64,000 bases of DNA from Centroscyllium fabricii. Its lineage: Eukaryota. Position 1 is the first letter of the stretch. Every line of letters starts with the position of its first letter. The notes beneath the pieces are model-generated. The model searched no databases. It was not told the origin of the DNA and was given only the letters and a program-made list of their open reading frames with translations. The position numbers and the translations under genes were made by a program. Shown here in pieces: positions 22,209 through 34,347 of this stretch. Location: positions 44,888,001 through 44,952,000 of the forward strand of contig JBNRSN020000009.1 of NCBI GenBank assembly GCA_051313645.2. Direction: 5' to 3'.

Positions 22209-25200
22209 CAGTCACAGGCCCGTGAAAGCACTCTCAGCGCTCTTAAAAATTCCACGCTGGACTCACCGGGTTGCTGCTTCCTGGTGGCTAGGAGATGTCT
22301 GGCGTGGACGATATTGGGTGCCCGGTTGTACTCCGCCTTGAGGATCCTGATAGCATCCAAGTACGATGATGCGTCCACGATCATGGAGTACACCTGAGGG
22401 CCCACCCGGGCGTTGAGGAGCCGTCGTTTGTCCTCTTCGGTCACGACGACCGCTGCGTTCGCTCTCAGGTACGCATCGAAAACACTGTACCAGTGTGTAA
22501 AAGTGTTTGATGCACCTGGTGTTCGGGGGTCCAGTTCAAACGTCGCTGGCTTGAGCATGGCTTCCATCTTCAAAATTTAGTTAATAAAATTGTGACCGAA
22601 ATAACGACCTCGTGGACGAGTAGTTAGAAAGAGAAACAATGCGGCTTTTATTAACTAAATGGTGGGACACGCACCAGCTAGTCGACTGTCCCCAGGTATG
22701 GCCGGGGGATGGGAGACGGCCATTTATATACCCCCTCCTGGGAGGGAGGAGTCGCGGGCGGAGCCAGCATAGGCATGTCCCGGTAATCGTATAACAGGTT
22801 ATGTACAACATGGCATTAGGTACGATTACATAGATACAAACAGGGTGATTATATACAATAAGAAACAGTGGTTTATCACATTCACCCCTTCTTTAAAACA
22901 AAAGTCCGGCGGGGTCAATGCAAAAGTTATTTTATTTATTTATTTAATCATAAATTAAGTCGCTCCGGTGGCCTGGTAATCCTTGTCGAGCGTCGCACCG
23001 CTGGTGGTGTCCGCGGTCGTGGAGTGGCCGGCCGAGTCGGTTGTAGCGATGGTGCTGATGCAGGTTGGCGAGCGGTGATCGTCGGTTGGTTTCTGGGTGG
23101 TGGTGCCCTTATACCGACAGTAGGAGGCGCGCTCTCTCCCTCGTCATCTGACTCTAGGGGGCGTGCACTGTGGAGCCATGCTGGAGGCCATGCCGTGCTG
23201 CTCGCAGGTGCCGGGTGGACGTACTGGGGTACAGGGTCCTCGTGCCGGGGAGCGTACCTTGGCGCCGGTGGCTGGGGTGGCGTGGCTGGCTGCGATGGCC
23301 CGGATGGGGTGGCAGGCCATCTTGGGTGCGCGGGCTGCTGGGCGGGGCTGGGTTTGGGGATCCCTGCTGGTGCCAGGTCCTTGATGGACACTGTGTCCTC
23401 CCTCCCGTCGGGGAACGCCACGTAGGCGTACTGGGGATTGGCATGCAGGAGGTGGACCCGTTCGACCAGGGGATCTGCCTTGTGGCCCCTCACATGCTTC
23501 CGCAGTAGGACCGGTCCCGGGGATAGCAGCCACGATGGTAGCGAGGTCCCGGAAGCCGACTTCCTGGGGAAGGCAAAAAGTCGTTCGTGAGGGGTGGCAT
23601 TAGTGGCCGTACACAGGAGGGACCGGATAGAGTGGAGCGCTTCAGGGAGGACGTCCTGCCATCGGGAGACTGGGAGGCTTTTAGACCGTAGGGCTAACAG
23701 GGTGGCCTTCCAGAGAGTGGCGTTCTCCCTCTCTACCTGCCCGTTCCCCCGGGGGTTGTAGCTGGTAGTTCTACTAGTCGCGATGCCTTTGGCTAGCAGA
23801 AACTGACGCAGCTCGTCACTCATAAAGGACGCTCCCCGGTCACTATGAATATAGCTGGGATAGCTGAACAGGGAGAAGATGCTGTGGAGGGCTTTGATAA
23901 CAGTGGCTGAGGTCATGTCCGGGCAGGGGATGGCAAAGGGGAAGCGGGAGTACTCATCGATCAAATTAAGGAAGTACACGTTCTTGTTGGAGGAGGGAAG
24001 GGGCCCTTTGAAATCGACGCTGAGTCGTTCAAAGGGGCGAGTGGCCTTAATCAAGTGCGCCCGGTCTGGCTGGTAGAAGTGCGGCTTGCACTCCGCGCAG
24101 ACCTGGCAGTTGCTGGTCAGCGTCTTGACCTCCTCGATGGAGTAGGGGAGGTTGCGGGACTTCACGAAGTGAACCAACCTGGTGACCCCCGGGTGGCAGA
24201 GGTCATTGTGAAGGGTTTGGAGGCGGTCTGTCTGTGCGCTGGCACATGTACCGTGGGATAGGGCATCTGGGGGTTCGTTAAATTTCCCAGGCCGGTACAA
24301 GATATCATAGTTGAACGCGGAGAGTTCAATTCTCCACCTTAATATCTTGTCGTTCTTTATTGTACCCCGCTTTTTGTTGTTGAACATAAAAGCGACTGAT
24401 CGTTGGTCAGTCAGCAGGGTAAAACGCTTGCCGGCTAGGTAGTGCTTCCAGTGACGCACTGCTTCAACGATGGCCTGGGCCTCCTTCTCGACTGAGGAGT
24501 GGCGGGTCTCGGGGCCCTGGAGGGTACGTGAGAAGAAGGCCACGGGTCTGCCCGCCTGGTTAAGGGTGGCGGCCAGGGCAAAGTCCGATGCATCGCTCTC
24601 TACTTGAAATGGGACAGACTTGTCCACAGCGTGCATCGTGGCTTTTGCGATGTCATTCTTAATGCCACAGAACGCCGTGCGGGCTTCTGCTGACAGGGGA
24701 AAAGAGGTAGATTTAAGCAGTGGGCGAGCTTTGTCCGCGTAATTGGGGACCCACTGGGCATAATAAGCAAAGAAACCCAAGCACCGTTTAAGGGCCTTGG
24801 GGGAGTGGGGGAGGGGAAGCTCCATGAGGGGGCGCATGCGGTCCGGGTCGGGACCGATGACCCCATTCTCCACAACACTGCCGAGGATGGCCAGGCGGGT
24901 GGTACTGAACACGCACTTTTCGGTGTTATAGGTCAAATTTAATGTTTTGGCGGTGTGGAGAAATTTCTGGAGGTTGGCGTCATGGTCCTGCTGATCGTGG
25001 CCGCAGATGGTCACGTTATCGAGGTACGGGAAAGTGGCTCGCAGCCCGTACCGATCGACCATTCGGTCCATCTCCCTTTGGAAGACCGAGACCCCATTCG
25101 TGACGCCAAACGGGACCCTAAGGAAGTGATAGAGGCGACCGTCAGCCTCGAAGGCTGTATAGAGACGGTCCTCCGGGCGGATGGGGAGCTGGTGATAAGC

Positions 25201-27251
25201 GGACTTCAGGTCTATGGTGGAAAACACCCTGAATTGTGCGATCTGGTTCACCTCTTCGGCTATCCGGGGAAGGGGGTATGCGTCTAACTGGGTGAACCGG
25301 TTTATGGTCTGGCTGTAGTCAACGACCATCCGGTTCTTCGCTCCGGTTTTGACCACCACTACCTGCGCCCTCCAGGGGCTATTACTGGCCTCGATAACCC
25401 CCTCCTTCAGGAGGCGCTGCACCTCGGACTTAATAAAGTCCATGTCCCCAGCACTGTAGCGCCTACTCTTGGTGGCGACGGGCTTGCAGTCTGGGGTGAG
25501 GTTGGCAAAGAGCGAGGGAGGGGCGACCTTAAGGGTCGAGAGGCCACAGGTAGCGCGCCGGGGGTGCTGTGCTGAGCGCCGGTTGCTGACCGTGAGCGAG
25601 GGAAGGGGCCCACCGTACGCCATGGTAACACTCTGGAGGTGGCACTGAAAGTCCAGACCCAATAGTAATGGGGCGCAGAGCTGCGGCAGCACGAAAAAGC
25701 TAAAATTATCAAAGTGCACACCCTGTACAGCTAGGGCCACTGCGCAACGCCCGGAGACGTCCGCAGATTCCAATTTAGAAGCCATCGAAATTCTTTGGCT
25801 CGCAGGCATAACCTTAAGGGAGAAGCGCTCTGCTGTCTCAGGATGAATAAAACTCACCGTGCTCCCACTGTCGAAAAGGCACACCACGTCTTGTCCGTTC
25901 ACTTGCACCGGCATCATTGATTTCCCAAGCGATTGGGTCTTGTTCTGGTCAAGAGTTACTGATGCTAAAATTGGGTCAGCCGATTCCTCTTGATCCACAG
26001 AGTAGTCCTCCGGGGCCGGTCCCCAAGATGGCTGCCGCCATGTGGTGTACTGCGGAGGGGGTGGCTGGGTCCAATATGGCGACTGCTGCCACGCGGGGTG
26101 CTGAGTGGGGGATGGTTGAGTCCAATATGGCTGCTCCCATGTTCCGCACGCGGCGCTGCCCGGTTTCGGTTTAGGGGCTGGTGTGGTCGCCTTACAGACT
26201 TTCGCGTAATGTCCTTTTTTACCACATTTTGAACAGGCCGCTTCTCTTGCCGGGCAGCTACGTCTCGGATGCTGAGACTGCCCGCAGAAGTAACATTTAG
26301 CCATCTTTGCGTGAGCGGCTGCTATCATTTCTTCCGCCGGCCGTTGCGCCGGCGTTGTCCAAGATGGCGGGGCTGGGCCCACATAGTTGCCGGAATAAGA
26401 TGAGAGGTTTAGCGAGGCCACATCCAGCGCGTGTCCCAGATCCGTAGTTGCCTGCAGGTCAAGGCCGTTCTGCTCTAACAGCCTCTGTCTTATATAGTAC
26501 GACCTGAGGCCTGTCACATATGCGTCTCTAATGAGACTGTCCGCATGGATCAGGGCCGTTAGCGCTTTGCAGTCACAGGCCCGTGAAAGCACTCTCAGCG
26601 CTCTTAAAAATTCCACGCTGGACTCACCGGGTTGCTGCTTCCTGGTGGCTAGGAGATGTCTGGCGTGGACGATATTGGGTGCCCGGTTGTACTCCGCCTT
26701 GAGGATCCTGATAGCATCCAAGTACGATGATGCGTCCACGATCATGGAGTACACCTGAGGGCCCACCCGGGCGTTGAGGAGCCGTCGTTTGTCCTCTTCG
26801 GTCACGACGACCGCTGCGTTCGCTCTCAGGTACGCATCGAAAACACTGTACCAGTGTGTAAAAGTGTTTGATGCACCTGGTGTTTGGGGGTCCAGTTCAA
26901 ACGTCGCTGGCTTGAGCATGGCTTCCATCTTCAAAATTTAGTTAATAAAATTGTGACCGAAATAACGACCTCGTGGACGAGTAGTTAGAAAGAGAAACAA
27001 TGCGGCTTTTATTAACTAAATGGTGGGACACGCACCAGCTAGTCGACTGTCCCCAGGTATGGCCGGGGGATGGGAGACGGCCATTTATATACCCCCTCCT
27101 GGGAGGGAGGAGTCGCGGGCGGAGCCAGCCTGGGCATGTCCCGGTAATCGTATAACAGGTTATGTACAACATGGCATTAGGTACGATTACATAGATACAA
27201 ACGGGGTGATTATATACAATAAGAAACAGTGGGAAACAGTGGTTTATCACA
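22209..27251 (-). mobile_element. Ty3/Gypsy element A plus a truncated tandem second copy
   Basis: LTRs 26952-27251 and 22591-22880; PPT aaggggtgaa; 22209-22590 repeats the leader and gag start. Confidence 0.95.
22948..26928 (-). CDS. Gag-Pol polyprotein of element A, intact single ORF
   Basis: Two CCHC knuckles, LFDSGS, FPYLDNV, ESDASD, integrase DFKGP/HSDRG/GQVER. Confidence 0.93.
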   Translation of the reverse strand: MEAMLKPATFELDPQTPGASNTFTHWYSVFDAYLRANAAVVVTEEDKRRLLNARVGPQVYSMIVDASSYLDAIRILKAEYNRAPNIVHARHLLATRKQQPGESSVEFLRALRVLSRACDCKALTALIHADSLIRDAYVTGLRSYYIRQRLLEQNGLDLQATTDLGHALDVASLNLSSYSGNYVGPAPPSWTTPAQRPAEEMIAAAHAKMAKCYFCGQSQHPRRSCPAREAACSKCGKKGHYAKVCKATTPAPKPKPGSAACGTWEQPYWTQPSPTQHPAWQQSPYWTQPPPPQYTTWRQPSWGPAPEDYSVDQEESADPILASVTLDQNKTQSLGKSMMPVQVNGQDVVCLFDSGSTVSFIHPETAERFSLKVMPASQRISMASKLESADVSGRCAVALAVQGVHFDNFSFFVLPQLCAPLLLGLDFQCHLQSVTMAYGGPLPSLTVSNRRSAQHPRRATCGLSTLKVAPPSLFANLTPDCKPVATKSRRYSAGDMDFIKSEVQRLLKEGVIEASNSPWRAQVVVVKTGAKNRMVVDYSQTINRFTQLDAYPLPRIAEEVNQIAQFRVFSTIDLKSAYHQLPIRPEDRLYTAFEADGRLYHFLRVPFGVTNGVSVFQREMDRMVDRYGLRATFPYLDNVTICGHDQQDHDANLQKFLHTAKTLNLTYNTEKCVFSTTRLAILGSVVENGVIGPDPDRMRPLMELPLPHSPKALKRCLGFFAYYAQWVPNYADKARPLLKSTSFPLSAEARTAFCGIKNDIAKATMHAVDKSVPFQVESDASDFALAATLNQAGRPVAFFSRTLQGPETRHSSVEKEAQAIVEAVRHWKHYLAGKRFTLLTDQRSVAFMFNNKKRGTIKNDKILRWRIELSAFNYDILYRPGKFNEPPDALSHGTCASAQTDRLQTLHNDLCHPGVTRLVHFVKSRNLPYSIEEVKTLTSNCQVCAECKPHFYQPDRAHLIKATRPFERLSVDFKGPLPSSNKNVYFLNLIDEYSRFPFAIPCPDMTSATVIKALHSIFSLFSYPSYIHSDRGASFMSDELRQFLLAKGIATSRTTSYNPRGNGQVERENATLWKATLLALRSKSLPVSRWQDVLPEALHSIRSLLCTATNATPHERLFAFPRKSASGTSLPSWLLSPGPVLLRKHVRGHKADPLVERVHLLHANPQYAYVAFPDGREDTVSIKDLAPAGIPKPSPAQQPAHPRWPATPSGPSQPATPPQPPAPRYAPRHEDPVPQYVHPAPASSTAWPPAWLHSARPLESDDEGESAPPTVGIRAPPPRNQPTITARQPASAPSLQPTRPATPRPRTPPAVRRSTRITRPPERLNL

Positions 27252-27432
27252 AGGCAGACTGCTGTGTTCCTTGCAAAGACTTCTATTTGTTGCACAAACC
27301 TTGACAGAAGAATCTTTTTATTGCTGCAATGATTCGGTTTATTTTGTCTGGGCATTTTTGCAGCTAACTTTGTGATATGAGTTGGTACCAAAGTAGTATC
27401 CCTAGACATCTTCATCCCAATAGCCACCGCTG

Positions 27433-28258
27433 GGGAGGATTTTCCTGGAGGTGCGGCGATTGGTCGGGGCGGGTTCCTGTCCTGCCCGGCCAAGGGCCTG
27501 GGAAGCCGACACTATTTTCCTTTAATTGCTCAATTAAATCCCCGTGTGCGGGCTGCCCCTGGTAATTGCCTCAGTCGAGTCGGCAATTACGGAGCTCAAA
27601 CGGGATTCTAGGAGGTTGTTAGACAGCTGCGGGGACTGTGTGTTTACAGTTTCCATGGAAACACTCCACTGTGACATCACAGTGGAGTGCAACCAATGGG
27701 AAAGGCCAAATAATGTGAGTGACAGCTGGGCGGGCGGGCTACAAATCTTTGACAGCTAGAGGCCGGCTGTCAATGGAGCTGGCAAGGTAAGATTTCTAAG
27801 TTTTCCCCCCACAGCTGGTCTTCACCCAAGGTAGTGACTGACACCTCCAGGGTATTGAAGGCCTCGGAAGCATTTTGCTCTAGGTCCTTCAACACCTTGA
27901 AGGAGAAAGTTAGCAACACCACTGTGCTCCTGCTGGGTTTTACCAGCGGGGTTTTAGGATGGCGGGGTTTGGGTGGGAAGGGGTTGAAAATTGCTAAGGG
28001 CCCTTAAAATGACATTACAGATGCCAATTAAGGGCCCTTAATGAGCTTAACAACCATCCCTGCCGGCGGGAAAGATTCGGGGCAGGGAGACAGGGTGGTG
28101 GAAAATGGAAAATCGGCGGGGATCCGGCGGGGGGGGGGGGGGGGGGGGGGTGGGGGGGGGGGAGGTGTCAGGAGGGGTGTCAGGACCCACCGGTTCCGCT
28201 ATTTAGCCGTCCGACCTGCCCAAAACCCCGTCTCACGGGCACATGAAAATTTTGGCCC
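27433..28258. mobile_element. Harbinger-like MITE inside EEF1A exon 8
   Basis: ggg..attttc / gaaaatt..ccc ends; TSD CTG; removing it rejoins the exon. Confidence 0.75.
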
Positions 28259-28321
28259 CTGTCTCTATTATGTACTCCAAAGTGGCCTGTATGAGCACAA
28301 AGAAGTCTCGTTCCAAGGCTT

Positions 28322-28725
28322 ACATAGAAACATACATAGAAGATAGGAGCAGGAATAGGCCATTCGGCCCTTCGAGCCTGCTCCGCCATTCAATGAGATC
28401 ATGGCTGATCATCCAAACCCAGCACCCTGTCCCTGCCTTGTCCCCATATCCCTCAATCCCTATCGAGCCTGCACCGACACATATCCCACCCTATCCCCGT
28501 AACCCCACATATTCATTCCCCCTAACACTAAGGGTCAATTTATCCTGGCCAATCAACCTAACCCGCACATCTTTGGACTGTGGGAGGAAACCGGAGCACC
28601 CGGAGGAAACCCACGCAGACACGGGGAGAATGTGCAAACTCCACACAGATAGTACCCGAGGCCGGATTTGAACCCGGGTCTCTAGTGCTGTGAGACAACA
28701 GTGCTAACCACTGTGCCACCGTGCC
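28322..28725 (-). mobile_element. Composite HE1/V-SINE with CR1 tail
   Basis: tRNA head, V-domain, CR1 3' end. Confidence 0.9.
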
Positions 28726-28839
28726 ACTTTAACAAATGACAATCGTATTTTAAAATTAACCTCATTAGATGGAACATTGCACATTTCTAAAAGCAACTTG
28801 GAACCTAGCAATCTGATTTGCATATAGGCCAAGTCTTTA

Positions 28840-29340
28840 AGAACATAAGAAATAGGAGCAGGAATAGGCCACTTGGCCCCTCGAGCCTGCTCCGCCATTC
28901 AATAAGATCATGGCTGATCTTGGGCTCAAAGCCACTTCCCAGCCCTCTCCCCCTAACCCTTCACTCCCTTACCTTGCAAAAATTTGTCCATCTCCACCTT
29001 AAATGTATTTAATGACCCAGCCTCCACAGCTCTCTGGAGCAGAGAATTCTGCAGATTTATGACCCTCTTAAGAGAAGAAATTCCTCCTCATCTTAGTTCT
29101 AAAAGGGCGACCCTTTATTCTGAGACTGTGCCCCCGAGTTCTAGATTTCCCCACGAGGGGAAACATCCTCTCTGCATCTAAGCTGTTGAGCCCCCTAAGA
29201 ATCTTAATATGTTTCGATAAGATCCCCTCTCATTCTTCTAAATTCCAATGAGTATAGGCCCAACCTACTCAACCTTTCCTCAAAAGTCAACCCCCTCATC
29301 TCTGGAATTAACCAAGTGAATCGTCTCTGAACAGCCTCTT
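28840..29340 (-). mobile_element. CR1 3' fragment
   Basis: EAVQRRFTWLIPEMRGL..RMRGDLIETY; aacataag tail. Confidence 0.85.
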
Positions 29341-29350
29341 TAGAGCCTTT

Positions 29351-29851
29351 GGGGTAAAAATTTGGTTGTGCCCCCTTTGGGGCGCTAACTTCGCCGGGGC
29401 TACTGTAAGTGCTCCCCCTCCCTTTTGGGGCGCTCCCATTGAATATCACGACGCCACGTACAGCAGCGCCACACACGGTACTGCAGGCCTCCCTCCCCAA
29501 TTGAAGGGGAGGGGCCTAGCGCAGCGCGCACCAGGGCCCTGCTGGGCCACTAGGGAGCTGGGTGCCGGCAAAAGAACCCGGCGGGCTGATGGATCGCAGC
29601 CGGCACCCTGCAGCAGGAGGCCAGAGGGAGCAGGTGCTGGCACCTGCCCTTTAATTATCCCCCCCTCCCCCCTGCCGAATCTGTCGGACATAGCCAGAGG
29701 TGCAGCGCCACGGGACGCTACTGGCTGCCGCTAACCTCCTGCTGAATGTTGCGGGAGGCATTAGCGGTGCCATACCCAGGTGCTAGTTGCTTTGCACCCC
29801 GTTAGCACCACCTCGACAGTGGAGGCGCAAAGCAACCAAACTTTTTCCCCC
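29351..29851. mobile_element. Harbinger-like MITE
   Basis: TIRs ggggtaaaaatttggttg / caaccaaactttttcccc; core shared with 3760-4443. Confidence 0.72.
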
Positions 29852-30031
29852 ATTCGGCTTTTCTCCACGGGATTCTTCCAATGGATAATGTAATTACAGC
29901 TGTAAAAATGTAACCTGATCAGAGCCTCTATGTAACTATAAATCAAGGAACAGCATTTTACTGTTTAACCATGGTACAAGGAAGTTGACTGAATTGTCTT
30001 GCATCAAGCTATTCAGCTATCAGCTGCATAT

Positions 30032-30503
30032 GCATAGTGGTTAGCACTGCTGTCTCACAGCTCTGGCGACCCGGGTTCAAATCCGGCCTCGGGTGACTAT
30101 CTGTGTGGAGTTTGCACATTCTCCCCGTGTCTGCGTGGGTTTCCTCCGGGTGCTCCGGTTTCCTCCCACAGTCCAAAGATGTGCGGATTAGGTTGATTGG
30201 CCATGATAAATTGACCCTTGGTGTTAGGGGGATTAACTATGTGGGGTTACGGGGATAGGGTGGGATATGCAGGTTCGATAGGGATCGAGGGGCATGGGGA
30301 CAAGGCAGGGACAGAGTACTGGGTTTGGATGATCAGCCATGATCTCATTAAATGGCGGAGCAGGCTCAAAGGGCCGAATGGCCTACTCCTGCTCCTATCT
30401 TCTATGTTTCTATGTTACGAAGATAGGGTGGGGTATGTGTCGGTGCAGGCTCGATGGGCCGAAATGGCCTCTATCTGCACTGTAGGGATTCTATGATTCT
30501 ATA
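30032..30503 (+). mobile_element. Composite SINE carrying both tail types
   Basis: CR1-derived tail followed by the gattctat tail. Confidence 0.85.
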
Positions 30504-31197
30504 TGAATTAGATATATCTGATGCAGATGAACATGTTTGATTTGTTCACACTGTCTTCCCTACTACGTACTACATTTAAGCATCTTTTCCTCCTCACCCA
30601 TGGAGGCTACCTATTTTGGGGATCATGAGTAGCCTTTTCAGTCCTCGATGGTGATAAGATGTTATCTGACCCGAGAAGGATTCAGTACTTGGTATTCAGC
30701 ACCGTTTGGTTTGAATGCCTCCTGATCAGAACCCAGTTTGGTAAGGAAGGCATTTGGGATAAGAACTGAAATATATGACACTGGAGTTGCAAATGACCAA
30801 ATACCATTCCAAACATTGTTTCTCCTATGCAGTGCTACCTGGAATTAAATAAATACTTCAGCTCAAAGGTCTACATGGGGCATAAGCAGCCATGGGAATA
30901 TAGTCATCCCAATTAGCCATCATCTGTATGACATTTCCAAGGCTGGAGAAAGATTGCCAGCAACTGAGCCATACTGCTACTTATAATGTTATAGGAACAA
31001 CACCATCTCCTCCTTGGAACCTTCAGGAGGCTCATTAACAAGATGGTACAGTGTCTACATTTAAGCACCACAGGAGGAAGACAGCCTATGTAAAACACTC
31101 CAGTGGCACTGCCTTTGGTCAGTGTTATTGAACTTCCAGGCAGGCCTAGGAAGCCTCAAATTATTCATTCATACCAATTAACCAGTTTACCTCAGAA

Positions 31198-32200
31198 CTC
31201 TTTTATTTAAAACCAATTACAAAAACACCATTACTTAAAACATTCACAAAAGAAAATAAAACCCCCACATTACCGCGCTTGAGCAGCGGCAAACTACGAA
31301 GCCCCAATGCCCACAAGGTAGGGGTCAAAGTTTCAAACCCTCCTGCCTACGAGGCAGGGGTCAAAGTCTCAAGTCCTTATGCCCACAAGGCAGGGGTGAA
31401 AGTCACAAGCCTTCATGCCCACAAGGCAGGGGTCACGACCACAAGTCCTCATGGCCGCAGGCAGGGGCCCAAACTCGCCAACCTTCCTGGTCGTCGTCGC
31501 CCGCCCATCCGGACAGTGGGTCTCCGGGAAAACACACAGACGAGGGTCGGCGCTCCCAGTGGATGGCTGGTGCAGATCCGGCAGTCTCCGGTTGACATTC
31601 TACTCCATCCGCAGGGCCCTCCGCATCGCCGAGCGGATCCTCCCACTCTCCTGGACAAGCGGACTGAAAGGAAGCTCAAAAACACTTGATTAATATGATC
31701 TCATTAAACCAAGATCACCCCAGCCGGGGTAACGATGCACTCCAGTCCCCGCTGTGCCCACCGGTCCCGAAAGACTTTGAGCGTGCCGGCGGACGCCGTG
31801 TGCTCCATCTCCAGGGCCACCCGGGCGCGAACATAGCCGCGGAAGAGATGCAGGCAATCGGGCCGAACCACGCCCTCGACTGCCCTCTGCCTGGACCTGT
31901 TAATGGCCACCTTGGCCAAGCCCAGGAGCAGTCCCACGAGGAGGTCTCCGACCTGCCCTCTCCCCTCCGCACCGGGTGGCCGTAGATCAGGAGCGTGGGG
32001 CTGAAGTGCAGCCAAAAGTTGAGGAGCAGCCCCTTCAAATAATGAAACAGGGGGTGCAACCTTTCACACTCACTGTAGATGTGGAACACGGACTCCTCCA
32101 GGCCGCAAAAACAGCACTCAGCCTGGGAACCCGTGATCCTGCTTAATAACTTATTGCACGGGACTGCTCCGTGCAACACCCTCCATGCCAAGTCCCCAAT
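31198..32200 (-). mobile_element. L1/Tx1-clade LINE 3' part
   Basis: GDLAWRVLHGAVPCN..CCFCGLEESVFHIYSEC zinc finger, LLGLAKVAI; 3' UTR with gcccacaaggcagggg repeats and aataaa. Confidence 0.8.
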
Positions 32201-32351
32201 AAATAAGCCCCCACCATCTCCACTAATCCAATAATAACTAACAAACGCCCTCATTGGGCTACCCTGCTTGAAACTAGATTATGATTCCAACAAAGCTCAA
32301 AGGGATAGATATTGCTGAAGTGCTCTCACCAAAAGGAGGGTAAGAGAAGAT

Positions 32352-32512
32352 GGGCGGAAGTCATTGTGTTTGGCATAAAGGATCACCTGGGCAGAGCATG
32401 CAGAAGGGTATTAGATGGGGAGCATCACAGGCCCAGAATCTGCTTGATTTTCCTCTATCCACTGTGCCGAGGCAATCTTTTACACCAAACACAACCATAG
32501 GAAAATCTGCCC
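32352..32512. mobile_element. Small GGGC-ended MITE in EEF1A exon 7
   Basis: gggcggaagtc / ggaaaatctgccc; removal restores MC..FSYPPFG|gt. Confidence 0.55.
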
Positions 32513-33744
32513 AGAGGTCTCCACACATGAGCTTCCTGGGGATCATGACAATGGTGCGAGTGTCAACAGATTTCAGATTGTCCTTCAGTTTTTTGAATTA
32601 GCAGATCAACAGTCAGGAAAGGGTTTTCTGCTTCTACACTTACCAGCCTACAATTTTCCACCCGTTATAGCGAACGGAGGAATAGTACAGAAGCTGAAAC
32701 TCCCAGCCTCAGTCTTCTGCTTCAGTTCAGAAAGCATGCAGGCAATGTGGTCAACATCGGATTTTAGCATCGGGCTGGAGACAACTGTCTAGGATGGTTC
32801 AGTATGATCACTTGAGAAGCAAATGCATGGTCAACCAGCAAAGTACTTAATAATGGGATTGAAGCACAGGTTCAATCCCCAGCTCCTTGGGTCAAAGTCT
32901 AGTGTACAAAAACTAGTTATTGATGTTTATCCAACAGACTTTGTATTCTTAATCCAAAAAGCCATGTAAAAACCAGGTCACCAGGAATGCATTCCAACTT
33001 GTGACTCAACCGATCCAATTACATATGAAACTCACTTCACTTAACCACATATAATCAGTGAGCACACTGAGACAGCTGACCAGAATAGCAATGCATTACC
33101 ATGGAGTACTGTTGTAAATTGAAGGTTCACAACTGTGTTCGCCAGTTTGACTTAATAATCTTGGCTATGTTGCTGAGGCAGGAGGTAAAGCACGTAGAAG
33201 AAATAAGTCATTCAATAGAGACTAAGAACTTCTGACAGCGAGGGAACGTAAGTCAGCTCCAGGTCACTTATGTGCCTCCTGGTAGCTGACAGAGCAGCTA
33301 TGGCAGAAGAATGTTGAGCTGGCAACTTGTACATTCAGTTGGGTGGACAATTACCACAACTCCACTTGGCCACCTGAACTGTGAAGCTTCCAAAGGATGA
33401 GCATTCTTGCTGACTTGAATCACATTGCCACAAATGTTGAATGTCCTTCCATCAACCCATTCTTGACATTGTACCCACATTGTCTCTGCCACAGTTTCTG
33501 CCAGAGCTGAATAGTGCACCCAACCACTTTCACTTCAGTTGAAAGGTCACCACCATGACAGCCTTCAGGGGCATTTTCACTCAGGCTATTGGTTAATCTC
33601 TGACTGGAAATGAGGTGGTAAATTAGAATTTCAATAATTGAATTAGAAGCAATTAAATATTCAGGAGAAGAGGTCAGATCTTAGCTGAACCCACTTGCAA
33701 TCTTGTAGACATCCTTTAGGGGAAGGCGGTGGGTTTTGTCTAGG

Positions 33745-34347
33745 NNNNNNNNNNNNNNNNNNNNNNNNNNNNNNNNNNNNNNNNNNNNNNNNNNNNNNNN
33801 NNNNNNNNNNNNNNNNNNNNNNNNNNNNNNNNNNNNNNNNNNNNNNNNNNNNNNNNNNNNNNNNNNNNNNNNNNNNNNNNNNNNNNNNNNNNNNNNNNNN
33901 NNNNNNNNNNNNNNNNNNNNNNNNNNNNNNNNNNAGGGGGTGAGAGGGAGAGGGGGGGAGAGGGAGAGGGGGGGGAGAGGGAGAGGGGGGGGAGAGGGAG
34001 GGGGGGAGAGGGAGAGGGGGGGGAGAGGGAGAGGGGGGGAGAGGGAGAGGGGGGGGAGAGGGAGAGGGGGGGAGAGGGGGGGAGGAGGAGGGAGAGAGAG
34101 GAGGAGGAGGGAGGGGGAGGGGAGGAGGGAGGGGGAGGGTGGGGGAGGAGGGAGNNNNNNNNNNNNNNNNNNNNNNNNNNNNNNNNNNNNNNNNNNNNNN
34201 NNNNNNNNNNNNNNNNNNNNNNNNNNNNNNNNNNNNNNNNNNNNNNNNNNNNNNNNNNNNNNNNNNNNNNNNNNNNNNNNNNNNNNNNNNNNNNNNNNNN
34301 NNNNNNNNNNNNNNNNNNNNNNNNNNNNNNNNNNNNNNNNNNNNNNN
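33745..34347. repeat. Polypurine (GGGAGA-type) repeat 33935-34154 between two assembly gaps
   Basis: N runs at 33745-33934 and 34155-34347. Confidence 0.95.

Noticed and set aside
31085-31150. Weak similarity to the last EEF1A exon (DQRQ..ATGV)
   Set aside because: A better exon 8 with a proper acceptor lies at 28286-27320
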